This document shows, piece by piece, positions 8,788 to 17,736 of a stretch of DNA of 64,000 nucleotides. Origin of the DNA: Phycisphaerae bacterium (GTDB taxonomy: Bacteria > Planctomycetota > Phycisphaerae > UBA1845 > Fen-1342). How positions within the stretch are numbered: the stretch's first letter is position 1; each line of letters starts with the position of its first letter. The position numbers and the translations under genes were made by a program. The DNA is taken from NCBI GenBank assembly GCA_050115495.1, contig JASFQK010000002.1:148739-212738 (forward strand). Reading direction: 5' to 3'. The notes below the pieces were generated by a model that saw nothing but the letters and a program-made list of their open reading frames with translations, was not told the origin of the DNA and did not search any database.

Positions 8788-11700
8788 TCAATCGCCCGGC
8801 ACGGTCGATCCCTTCGGGTGGTCCTCGATGATCAGGGGCCCGGCGCCGTCGGCGAAGGCCTCGAGGTCCAGGCGATCCAGGCGGCCGTCGCCGTTCAAGT
8901 CGGCGATGGCCAGCTCTTCCAGCCCCAGGACCTGCAGGTCGAAGACGGAGATGGACTCCAGCGGCGCGTCGAACCAGTGCGCGCTCATGTTGAACGTCTG
9001 GCAGCAGTTCACGTCGGACCACACCAGGAAGTTGACGCGTACGTACTCGAAGTCCTCACGCCAGGCGCAGCCGTTGCTGCTGAAGTCAGCGTGGTAGCGG
9101 GCCGGCTGGGCGTGCGGATCCCACATACCGCACGGCGTGTTGCCGTCGTCGACGCCGTCGCCGTCGCTGTCGTAGTGCGGGTGCGACATCTCACAGACGA
9201 GGATGCCGTAGTCGCGGATGTCGATGTAGTTGTCGTCGTTGCCATTGCCGCCCAGCAGCACGTTGGCGGGGCCGACGAACTCCGCCGCGTAGTGGTCGCC
9301 TTCGACGGCCAGGTCGACCGTGCGGCGAATGGTGTGCAGCTTATCGCGGGCGGTGATGCAGTTGAACGCGCCGCACGGCGCGTCGGGCAGCAGGGCCTCG
9401 GCGATGGCCACCGTGTGCGTGCCGTCGCCGGAATCGACGAACGTGAGCATGGTTTCGTAGATTTCGGGCTGCGGGTTTGGCTCGTCGCAGTTCCACAGTT
9501 CGAAGGTGATGCAGCGGTCGACTGTGTCGTTCGGCTCGCCGGCGCAGGCCACCTGCATGGCCACGCGGACGCGCAGCGGCGTGTAGGGCGCTACATCGAC
9601 GTAGAACGTGCAGTCCGTCTGGTTGCCGGCGCGGTCCTCCGCCGTATACGTCACCGGCGTGACCCCGGCCTCGAACCAGTCGCCGGGCGAGTGCGTGGAC
9701 GACACGCCCATCAACTCGCAGTCGTCCGTCGCCTGCGGCTCGGTCCAGGTGACGTACGCCCCGCACTGCCCCGGCAGCGGTGTCGCGTTGATCGTGTCAA
9801 AGGGTTCCTCGGCGGTGGCTTCCACCGGCGGGCAGGGATAACCGGGAACGTCGAACGCCGGCGGAACGTTGTCCACCACCGTCACGTAGAAGATGCACTG
9901 CTCGGACTCGTTGCCGGCACCGTCCAGCGCCCGGTAGATCACCGGCGTCGAGCCGACCGGGAAGATCTCACCCGGGTTGTGGTTCGTCTGCCAGTCGGTC
10001 ACGCTGCAATTGTCGGTCGCCGTCGGCAGCGGCCAGAACACCTGCGCCTCGCACGCCCCCGGCGGATCCTGCGGGACGACGACGTCCTCCGGGCAGGTGA
10101 CGATTTCCGGCGCCTCGGTATCGCGCACCGTGACCTGGAACGTGCAGGGCAGCACCGAGGGCTGGCCGGTCGAGTCGAACGCTTCGACCGTGACCGTCGT
10201 CGTGCCGACCAGGAAGAAGTGCGGACTGGTGATCTCGTTGAAGCCGATGCGGTAGCGGATGATCACGCCCGGGGCGTCGTCGCAGGCCCAGGCCTCGAAG
10301 GCCACCTCGGCCCCACACTCGTCCGGGTCGTTCGGGTACTCATCGACCCAGTTGTCGACCCACGTCTCACGCCACTGCTCGTAATCGCCGGAGGGATACC
10401 ATGTTTCGTCGCAGCCCGTGCAGCCGGCGTTGCCGGGGCAGCAGATGACGGGCCGCTCGTTCTCGATGACGACCTCGAAGATCAGCTCGGCCGTTCCGCG
10501 CGACTCGTCCGAGGCCACGGCCTTCACCAGCGTGGCGACGTCCTGCGGGAACAGGTGAGGCAGATCGCGCGGCAGGGAAACGTCGAAGACGCCCGGCGAG
10601 CTCTCCAGCCAGTAGGTGATCGGTTGCAGGAACTCGGCGCAGTTGTCGATCGCCGAGATGCAGTCGGCTTCACCGCCACCGCCGCACTCGAAATCGACGG
10701 ACGGCGTGAGCCACGCCCCATCGTTCGGCGGCTCCGGCGGGAAGGTGAAGCGCTCCGGACCGGAGATCACCGGCGGCTGCTCGTCGCCGATCTCGACCGT
10801 GAACGTGCAGGTGGGGCTCGCGTTCTCGCAGTCGTCGATCGCTTCGGCCTGGACGGTCGCCGTCCCCACGTCGAACACGTGCGGGCTGGTGATGGGCTGG
10901 TCGTCGATGAAGAAGTGGACGTCGGGATCGGCGTCGCAATCGTCATGGGCCTCGACGAGCGCCAGGAGATCGACGCTGGCGCTGCACACGTCGGGGTCGT
11001 TGGCTTGGTACAGGTCGTCGCATTCCAGCGTCGGCGGCCTCGTGTCCTCGATCGTGAACGTCGCGGAGAGGGACTCTGCGCTGTTGTCGCACTGATCCGT
11101 CGCCCAGAACGTGACTAGCACGTGCTTCGCCTCGCCGCAGTCGACGACCCAGTGCGACGGATCGAAGTCGTTGTGCCACTCCGCCGGCGGGCTGCACGTG
11201 TCGGACGCCTGTGGGGCATTGAGCCATTCGTCGAACTCGGCCGGGTTCACATCGCCGTTGCACTCGACGGTGCGGTCGACCGGGGCAGTGTCCACCGTCG
11301 GCGGCGTCGTATCCACGATCCAGAACGTCGCCCACGTCGGCGAGCCGTCGTTGCCGCACTGGTCCCACGGTGTGAAGGAGACGGTGATGTGCTTCGCCCC
11401 GCCGCAGTCGGCGATCCATTGCAAGGATTCGTAGTTGTCGGTCCACGTCACCGGCGGGCTGCACACGTCGGAGGCCTCGGCCCCGCCGTGGCTGTTACGC
11501 CAGTCGTTGAACTCCTGCTCGTTGCCGGCGCCGTCGCATTCGGCGAGGCCGTCGGTGGCTTCGGGCTCCACCGTCGGCGGCGTAGTGTCCACGATCCAGA
11601 ACGTCGCCTGCCGCGGCTCGGCGGCGTTGTCGCAATCGTCCTTCGGCGTGAAGGCCACGACGACGTGTTTCGCCCCGCCGCAGTCGGCGACCCAGTTCGC

Positions 11701-14700
11701 CGGCGCGAAGTCGTTCTGCCACGTCACGGGTTCGCTGCACAGGTCGGAGGCTTCACCCCCGCCGTGGCTGTTGAGCCACGCGTTGAACTCCGCTCGATTC
11801 CCGTTGCCATCGCATTCGACGGTGCAGTCCGCCGGCATTGTGTCGATGTTCGGCGGCGTCGTATCCACGATCCAGAACGTCGCGGACGTGGACTCGCCGC
11901 CGATGCCGCACGCATCCTTCGGCGTGAACGTGACGAGCACGTGCTTGGCGCCACCGCAGTCGGTGACCCAATTCGCCGAGTCGTAGTCATCGGTCCACGT
12001 CACCGGCTCGCTGCACAGATCGGAGGCCGCGGCCCCGCCGTGGCTGTCACGCCAGGCGCCGAACTCCGCCGGGTTGCCGGCACCGTCGCATTCGACCGTC
12101 GCGTCGCTGGCCGGCGTGTCCAGCGTCGGCGGCGTGGTGTCCACGATCCAGAACGTCGCGGACACGGGCTCGGTGCTGTTGTCGCACTGGTCCGTCGCCC
12201 AGAATGCCACCGTCACGTGCTTCGCACCGCCGCAGTCGGCGACCCAGTGCGACGGGTCATAGTCGTTGTGCCACTCTGCCGGCGGACTGCACACGTCGGA
12301 CGCCTCGGCCCCGGCGTGCGTCGTGAGCCAGTCGTCGAATTCCTGCACATTGCCGGCACCATCGCACTCGACGGTCTGGTCGGTGGGCTCGGTGTCGAAC
12401 ACCGGTGGCGTGGTGTCCACGATCCAGAACGTCGCGGACATGGGCTCGGTGCCGTTGCCGCACTCGTCCGTCGCCCAGAACGTCACGGTGACGTGTTTCG
12501 CCCCGCCGCAGTCGGCGACCCAGTTCTCCGGCTCGTAGTCGTTGTGCCACGTGGCGGGCGGGCTGCACGTATCGGACGCCTGTGGGGCGTTGAGCCACTC
12601 ATCGAATTCGTCCAGGTTCCCGGCGCCGTCGCATTCGACGGTGCGGTCCGCCGGCGGTTCATCGACGGTCGGCGGCGTGGTATCCACGATCCAGAACATC
12701 GCCTGCCGCGGCTCGGCGGCGTTGCCACAATCGTCCTTCGGCGTGAAGGCCACAACGACATGTTTCGCCCCGCCGCAATCAGCGACCCAGTGGCTCTCGT
12801 CGTAGTCGTGTTCCCAGGCCACGTCGTCGCAGAGGTCCAACGCCGCGCCGCCGCCGTGGCTGTCGAGCCAGCCGCTGAGTTCCTGTAGGTTGCCGGCGCC
12901 GTCGCACTCGGCGGTCTCGTCCTGCGGTGACTGCGTCCACTCCGGCGGCGTCGTGTCCGCGATCCAGAACGTGGCCAAGGTCGCCGGACCCTCGTTGTCA
13001 CACGCGTCCCACGGCGTGAAAGCGACTTCGACGTGCTTGGCGCCGCCGCAATCGGCAACCCAGAGGCTCTCGTCGTAGTCGTCCGTCCAGGTTACGTCGC
13101 TGCAATTGTCCGTGGCCTCCCCGCCGCCGTGGTTGTCGAGCCAGTCATTGAACGGCTGCACGTTGCCCAGGCCGTCGCATTCGACGGTCTCGTCGTCGGC
13201 GTCGGTTTCGATCTCGGGCGGCGTGTCGTCGATGACCGTGATGCGGCGTGTGCATTCAGCCGTGTTGCCGGCACCGTCCGTGGCGAGATAGACACGCCTG
13301 AGAACGTACACGTCTCCAGGACAGCCCGCACCATTGAGTTCAACGTCTTCGCTCGACAGCGTCACTTCGATCGGGCAGTAGCCGGCGCTGCCGTCATCGA
13401 CCCAACCGTTGTCCGGGTTGTCATCGAAGAAGTCTTCGATGTCCTCTTCGGGCGTCGGAATGTCCGCCATGCACTGCACCTGCTCGTCGACGCAGTGGAT
13501 CTCCGGGTCCGTGCCATCGATGAGAATCCCCTGGTACCAGAACGTGGGCGGGAACGTGCCGCTCGTGCACCTGAAGAAGAGTGACGGCATCTCCGGCGCC
13601 GTGTGGTCGAACAGGATGTAGGCGAGGCCCTCTTCGGTCGCGGTCATAAACGTCAGCACAACGAGGTCGGCGTCATCGCTTGAGCAGGGCTGACCGTCGG
13701 CGATCGTTGCCGTCAGGTCGATGTTGGGTCCGTTGGCGGTGATGGGGATCTCCCAGTCGCCATAGGGTTCTGCCGTGTAGTGGCCGTTTTTGAATGTGAG
13801 CTGGTTGTCGTCGAACCACAGACGAGTCTGAAAGCCGCGCATCGCCTCGGTCATGTTCGACTGCGAGAGAATGACCGTGAGTTCGTGTTCGGGCGGGACG
13901 CAGAAATCGTCGCCGTCGTCGACGGATAGCCCCAGCATGTTTGGGTAACCCAGTCCGCGCAGGCGCACGCCCGCGCCGGAGCCGGCCCAATGGCCGGCGC
14001 CCTCCGGCCTTCCCGACACGTCGAGGTGGCGCCCGATGATGGCGGCCCCGGGATCGGTGAAGACCGGGAAGACGTCGGCATCAGAACCTGGCTCCCCTTC
14101 CTGCCAGGACAGTGGCAAGATCTCGACCAGGAAACGGCGGCTGATGGTGAAGTCCAGGCCGGCGGCGCTCAGGTCGAGCAGCCCCGTCCGCACGACGTAC
14201 GTCCCCGCGGCCGGCAGATCGAGCGGCGCGAAGCGGTACGCCAGCGTGCTGACGGGCGCATCCGGAAGTTGCGCCGGCACGTCACCCGACGGGGGCAGCG
14301 TGTAGAACGAGACGAGCACGTACGGCTCCACGATCTCGTGTGCCGCTGCACTGCGTACGCCGAACGTGAACTCGCACTCCGTCACGTGGCTTTGTGTGGC
14401 CGCCGGCCCCGAGCCCAACTCGGCGATGCGCCGGGCAGCGTACGTCCGACCCGCCGGCCCGCAGTTCCAGTACCAGAAGCCGCCGTCGGTCGGGCGCATC
14501 GCGCAGAAGAGCTCGGCCGGCCCCTGCGTCCCACCGTCCGGCGGTGCCGGTACGGCGCCGAGCGGGACCGCGCGCAGCGTACCCGCGATCGCCTCTGGTG
14601 TAGCATCATTAGCTGTAGGCTCATTGGCTACAACGCAGTTCGCTTTCAAGCGCGCGTAGTCGGCCGCGCTGACTGGCGTCTGGGCATGGGCTGAACGGGT

Positions 14701-14784
14701 GTCCACCAGCCAGGCGACAAATACGGACACTGCAATCGTGGTGAAGCAGATACGACGCCGGCGCGAGCGATTCTCGGTAGACAT
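8788..14784 (-). CDS. Giant secreted protein (paralog of 4911..8573): cohesin-like domain, 8 tandem ~90-aa Cys-rich repeats, HYR domains, dockerin-like C-terminus
   Basis: Signal peptide (SAHA|Q); repeats 'WIVDTTPP...ECDGAGN...WVADCGGAKHV'; C-terminal ~250 aa highly similar to the neighbour. Confidence 0.8.
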   Translation of the reverse strand: MSTENRSRRRRICFTTIAVSVFVAWLVDTRSAHAQTPVSAADYARLKANCVVANEPTANDATPEAIAGTLRAVPLGAVPAPPDGGTQGPAELFCAMRPTDGGFWYWNCGPAGRTYAARRIAELGSGPAATQSHVTECEFTFGVRSAAAHEIVEPYVLVSFYTLPPSGDVPAQLPDAPVSTLAYRFAPLDLPAAGTYVVRTGLLDLSAAGLDFTISRRFLVEILPLSWQEGEPGSDADVFPVFTDPGAAIIGRHLDVSGRPEGAGHWAGSGAGVRLRGLGYPNMLGLSVDDGDDFCVPPEHELTVILSQSNMTEAMRGFQTRLWFDDNQLTFKNGHYTAEPYGDWEIPITANGPNIDLTATIADGQPCSSDDADLVVLTFMTATEEGLAYILFDHTAPEMPSLFFRCTSGTFPPTFWYQGILIDGTDPEIHCVDEQVQCMADIPTPEEDIEDFFDDNPDNGWVDDGSAGYCPIEVTLSSEDVELNGAGCPGDVYVLRRVYLATDGAGNTAECTRRITVIDDTPPEIETDADDETVECDGLGNVQPFNDWLDNHGGGEATDNCSDVTWTDDYDESLWVADCGGAKHVEVAFTPWDACDNEGPATLATFWIADTTPPEWTQSPQDETAECDGAGNLQELSGWLDSHGGGAALDLCDDVAWEHDYDESHWVADCGGAKHVVVAFTPKDDCGNAAEPRQAMFWIVDTTPPTVDEPPADRTVECDGAGNLDEFDEWLNAPQASDTCSPPATWHNDYEPENWVADCGGAKHVTVTFWATDECGNGTEPMSATFWIVDTTPPVFDTEPTDQTVECDGAGNVQEFDDWLTTHAGAEASDVCSPPAEWHNDYDPSHWVADCGGAKHVTVAFWATDQCDNSTEPVSATFWIVDTTPPTLDTPASDATVECDGAGNPAEFGAWRDSHGGAAASDLCSEPVTWTDDYDSANWVTDCGGAKHVLVTFTPKDACGIGGESTSATFWIVDTTPPNIDTMPADCTVECDGNGNRAEFNAWLNSHGGGEASDLCSEPVTWQNDFAPANWVADCGGAKHVVVAFTPKDDCDNAAEPRQATFWIVDTTPPTVEPEATDGLAECDGAGNEQEFNDWRNSHGGAEASDVCSPPVTWTDNYESLQWIADCGGAKHITVSFTPWDQCGNDGSPTWATFWIVDTTPPTVDTAPVDRTVECNGDVNPAEFDEWLNAPQASDTCSPPAEWHNDFDPSHWVVDCGEAKHVLVTFWATDQCDNSAESLSATFTIEDTRPPTLECDDLYQANDPDVCSASVDLLALVEAHDDCDADPDVHFFIDDQPITSPHVFDVGTATVQAEAIDDCENASPTCTFTVEIGDEQPPVISGPERFTFPPEPPNDGAWLTPSVDFECGGGGEADCISAIDNCAEFLQPITYWLESSPGVFDVSLPRDLPHLFPQDVATLVKAVASDESRGTAELIFEVVIENERPVICCPGNAGCTGCDETWYPSGDYEQWRETWVDNWVDEYPNDPDECGAEVAFEAWACDDAPGVIIRYRIGFNEITSPHFFLVGTTTVTVEAFDSTGQPSVLPCTFQVTVRDTEAPEIVTCPEDVVVPQDPPGACEAQVFWPLPTATDNCSVTDWQTNHNPGEIFPVGSTPVIYRALDGAGNESEQCIFYVTVVDNVPPAFDVPGYPCPPVEATAEEPFDTINATPLPGQCGAYVTWTEPQATDDCELMGVSSTHSPGDWFEAGVTPVTYTAEDRAGNQTDCTFYVDVAPYTPLRVRVAMQVACAGEPNDTVDRCITFELWNCDEPNPQPEIYETMLTFVDSGDGTHTVAIAEALLPDAPCGAFNCITARDKLHTIRRTVDLAVEGDHYAAEFVGPANVLLGGNGNDDNYIDIRDYGILVCEMSHPHYDSDGDGVDDGNTPCGMWDPHAQPARYHADFSSNGCAWREDFEYVRVNFLVWSDVNCCQTFNMSAHWFDAPLESISVFDLQVLGLEELAIADLNGDGRLDRLDLEAFADGAGPLIIEDHPKGSTVPGD
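11050..13235 (-). repeat. Intragenic tandem repeat, 8 units of ~260-280 bp
   Basis: Recurrent 'ccacgatccagaacgtcgc' and 'cgccgcagtcggcgacccag' blocks. Confidence 0.9.
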
Positions 14785-15230
14785 GGCTCACCATCCTTAC
14801 ATGCTGCCCTCTGGCGCCTGGCGCGCTGTTGCGCAGCCCCCGCGCCGTGCCTCTCTCAGACCTTCCGCCCGGGTCAGTGGCTGTTGTGCTAACGCCGACC
14901 TGGCCCTACGTCTGTTGCCGGGGTGGCGAGGCGAACGAGGTGATGTCTGTGATGTGCCGGCGCGCCCCGGCGCGATGGTGAGCGCGCAGCACTGACGCTG
15001 CAGCCACCGCGCAAGGAGAAGCACACGCCCAACATCGGTCCCCATTCTCCAGGCACCGCTGGCGCCGCCGCGCGCAGACGCGCAGACGTGATACAAACTT
15101 GGCACACCCAGCGGCCAGCCCGGCGCCGCGTTGAAAGAAGTGCGTCCCTGCTGAAAGGCCCGAATGCCCGTCCTTGAAGTGGTCGCGTCCCCCTTCTGCT
15201 GGGAAACGACCTGCACGTTACCGCTTACGA

Positions 15231-15259
15231 TGTATAACTCATACGGCGCGGCAAGTCAA
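15231..15259 (-). promoter_or_regulatory. Putative sigma70 promoter for the giant-protein operon
   Basis: Minus strand TTGACT-17 bp-TATACA in an AT-richer patch; the -10 is imperfect. Confidence 0.4.
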
Positions 15260-15382
15260 TACACGCTTGGCTGGATAGGCGACATGTACGCCAGAACTGC
15301 GTCTCGTGCGCGCGCACGAGTGACCGGAAGCGGTGCGCGCAAACGCGAACGCGCGTGAACGAGCACTGTGTCCAGTAGTGAA

Positions 15383-16168
15383 CTAGTCTCGGGAAACCAC
15401 GTGCACGAGCTTGCCGAGCGTTTGCTGCAGAAGATCATCGTGCGGGTACGCCTCGCCGACGTGTTGCCGAAAGCCTTCGCCATCGGCGCAGCCGGCCTCC
15501 TGTCCGCGCTGCTGACTGCGGGTGCGCATGTGCGATACGAGCGCGCCCTGCTCCTGTCGGCCGGAGGCGTCGTCGTGGAGGGCGACCATGCGCTGCTTGG
15601 CGTCCATCGTCGAGCTGACGTCCACAACGAGGGCGGTGCGAACCGGTCGGCCGAGGAAGTCCTTCCCGTCGAGCGGATCGAAGTAGTACAGGTGAGGAGC
15701 GCGCGGCAGCGGCTCCCGGCCACCGGGTGACGACGTGGTCGCGTACGATCGCTGCGGCGCGGAGAAGCAGGCCTGCCGCACGATGCGGCTGGTCTCCTCG
15801 TGATCGTGGATGGGGTCGAGCGCCGAGTGCGTCAGGACGATGCTCGGCCGCGCGGCGCGAACCAGGCCGGTCGTTTGTCGACACGGCGCGTCGCTGAAGA
15901 AGATGTTGAAACCGGGCCCTTGCATGCAATGGAATTCCGCGTCGAGGACGGCGGCCGCCCGCTGGGCCCGGGACAGCCGATCTTCGTGGCCGGCGTTACT
16001 CGCTTGCTCCTTCGCCCGCAGCACGCCCGACGTCATCGTGGCCACCACGACGCGCCAGCCGCGCTCGTGCAGCAGGGCCAGCGTGCCCGCGCACAGGCAC
16101 TCGACAGCTCCTGGATGGGCACCGATGGCCAGGACCGTCTTGCCTTCTGGCGATGCGCTCACACCCAC
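15383..16168 (-). CDS. PIG-L/LmbE family deacetylase-like protein with degenerate metal motif
   Basis: VLAIGAHPGAVE (canonical AHPDDxE), 'PSIVLTH...HDHE', 'VDVSSTMDAK...H', 'EGFRQH'. Confidence 0.8.
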   Translation of the reverse strand: MGVSASPEGKTVLAIGAHPGAVECLCAGTLALLHERGWRVVVATMTSGVLRAKEQASNAGHEDRLSRAQRAAAVLDAEFHCMQGPGFNIFFSDAPCRQTTGLVRAARPSIVLTHSALDPIHDHEETSRIVRQACFSAPQRSYATTSSPGGREPLPRAPHLYYFDPLDGKDFLGRPVRTALVVDVSSTMDAKQRMVALHDDASGRQEQGALVSHMRTRSQQRGQEAGCADGEGFRQHVGEAYPHDDLLQQTLGKLVHVVSRD

Positions 16169-16413
16169 TTCCTTGTCACTCCAGGTCGTTGGCCGCCATT
16201 GCCGCAGTTATCGGTCTGAGCAGATTTCATCGCTCGGTGCGGCTCAGCCCGGGCGGTGCCTTCCCGGGGGCGGCCGGATGCTCTCGACTTGCAGGCAGGA
16301 TGTACCTGCCCGCCCCGACACGGCCCCTCCGGGGTGTCTCGCCGATACAACTGCACCGCGCGCCACGTTAGAGAGACCCCCGGCCAGCGTCAAGCCCGCG
16401 GGCTGGAAGGTGT

Positions 16414-17736
16414 CAGGGCGATCGCATCTTAATTTCCCTGCGAGAGGATCTTGAGCAGATAGTCGTGGTCCCAGCCGCAGCAGAGGCGTTTGGACTTGAG
16501 GCCCGCTTTCTTGCTCGATTCGGCTTTCAGCAGGTTCAGGGCGATCCGACTGAGCCGGGAGAAGTTCTCCGCCGCGTGGCCCGTACGCAGGCGGCGGCGG
16601 TCCTCGTCGAACACCACGTCCAGCCGCCAGTGCAGCCGGTTCTCGACGCCCCAGTGGTCCCGCACCCGCTGCAGCATCCGCTCGGCGTCGCACGTCTCCA
16701 CGCTGCTGATGTAGTAACGCCGATCCGTGGAGCACTCACCGTTCACTTCCCGGCTCGACTCCACGCAGGCGAAGCTGCCCAGGTTTGCCCACGCCGCACC
16801 GTCCGGCAGCCAATCGACGTCGGTCGTCATCCAACAGCGACGCGTCTCCAGCCGGCCGTGGCCCTTGTCGACCTCTTCCACATAGTCATGTGCGACCGCG
16901 TGGGCATCCTGTCGCCGACACTCATCGAACAGCAGTTGAAGTTCCTTTTCCAGCTTGGGCTGATTGCCTTTGACTGGCAGCACGTAATCGGCCCCACAGG
17001 CGATGGCCTTCTCGGCAATCGCCTTCTGACAGCCCATCGCGTCCGTGGTCACCACCGCCCCGTCCAGATCCAGCAACTCCAGCAACTGCGGAATCGCCGT
17101 GATCTCGTTGCTCTTGGCGTCGGTCACGAGTTGCCCCAGCACGGTCTGGTTGTGCTCGCACCAGGCGCTGACCATATGGATCGCCGATTGCCCGGCGACG
17201 CGATCGAAACTGCCACGGAGCGTCTTGCCGTCGATCGCGACCAGGCGACCCAACGGCTTGTCCGCCAGAGCGTTGATCCACTTCAGGAAACACTGCTCGA
17301 ACTGACGCGGGTCGAGTCGGGCGAAGACGCGGCCGAAGGTGTCGTGCGAGGGGATGCCGTGGGGCAAATGAAGGAACGTGCGGAACCACTTGAGCTTGGA
17401 CTGGCCAAACAACTCGACCTGGGCCCAGCCGTCGACACCGCAGATCACGGCGCAGATGGCGATGATCAGGATATCGTTGAGGGAGTGCCGTTTGGTCCGA
17501 TCCACACGCGGGTCCTCAAGATCGCGAAAATGGCGCAGCAGGCCAGAGTGGGCTCCAACTTCCATGTTGCAGCTCCTTTCAACAACGAAGTTGACGTTGT
17601 TGGCGAGGCCTCGCCGATCCAGTGGACGGTGACCCTACCCAACGGCCGCGATTGGCGCAACCCTAACAAACATAAAACAACCCAAACCCCTCGCATCCAC
17701 ACCACGCAACACCACGATTTAGATGCGATCGCCCTG
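16414..17736 (-). mobile_element. ISAs1-family insertion sequence, 1323 bp
   Basis: 16-bp terminal inverted repeats CAGGGCGATCGCATCT (16414-16429 and 17721-17736); 8-bp direct repeat GAAGGTGT at 16406-16413 and 17737-17744. Confidence 0.95.
16429..17565 (-). CDS. ISAs1-family DDE transposase
   Basis: DPR...HSL, GIPSHDTFGRVF, IDGKTLRGS, KSNEITAIP, DAMGCQK, VKGNQP, HGRLETR, HWGVENRLHWRLDV; intact ORF. Confidence 0.96.
   Translation of the reverse strand: MEVGAHSGLLRHFRDLEDPRVDRTKRHSLNDILIIAICAVICGVDGWAQVELFGQSKLKWFRTFLHLPHGIPSHDTFGRVFARLDPRQFEQCFLKWINALADKPLGRLVAIDGKTLRGSFDRVAGQSAIHMVSAWCEHNQTVLGQLVTDAKSNEITAIPQLLELLDLDGAVVTTDAMGCQKAIAEKAIACGADYVLPVKGNQPKLEKELQLLFDECRRQDAHAVAHDYVEEVDKGHGRLETRRCWMTTDVDWLPDGAAWANLGSFACVESSREVNGECSTDRRYYISSVETCDAERMLQRVRDHWGVENRLHWRLDVVFDEDRRRLRTGHAAENFSRLSRIALNLLKAESSKKAGLKSKRLCCGWDHDYLLKILSQGN

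Noticed and set aside
8818..12888. Long plus-strand ORFs (766 and 588 aa) and similar antisense ORFs elsewhere (e.g. 54771..56966, 29908..32025, 51413..53020)
   Set aside because: They are antisense shadows of real high-GC genes, with no recognisable motifs.
17466..17736. C-terminal 90 aa of the 518-aa MFS ORF as a native domain
   Set aside because: It lies inside the ISAs1 element and is read-through sequence.
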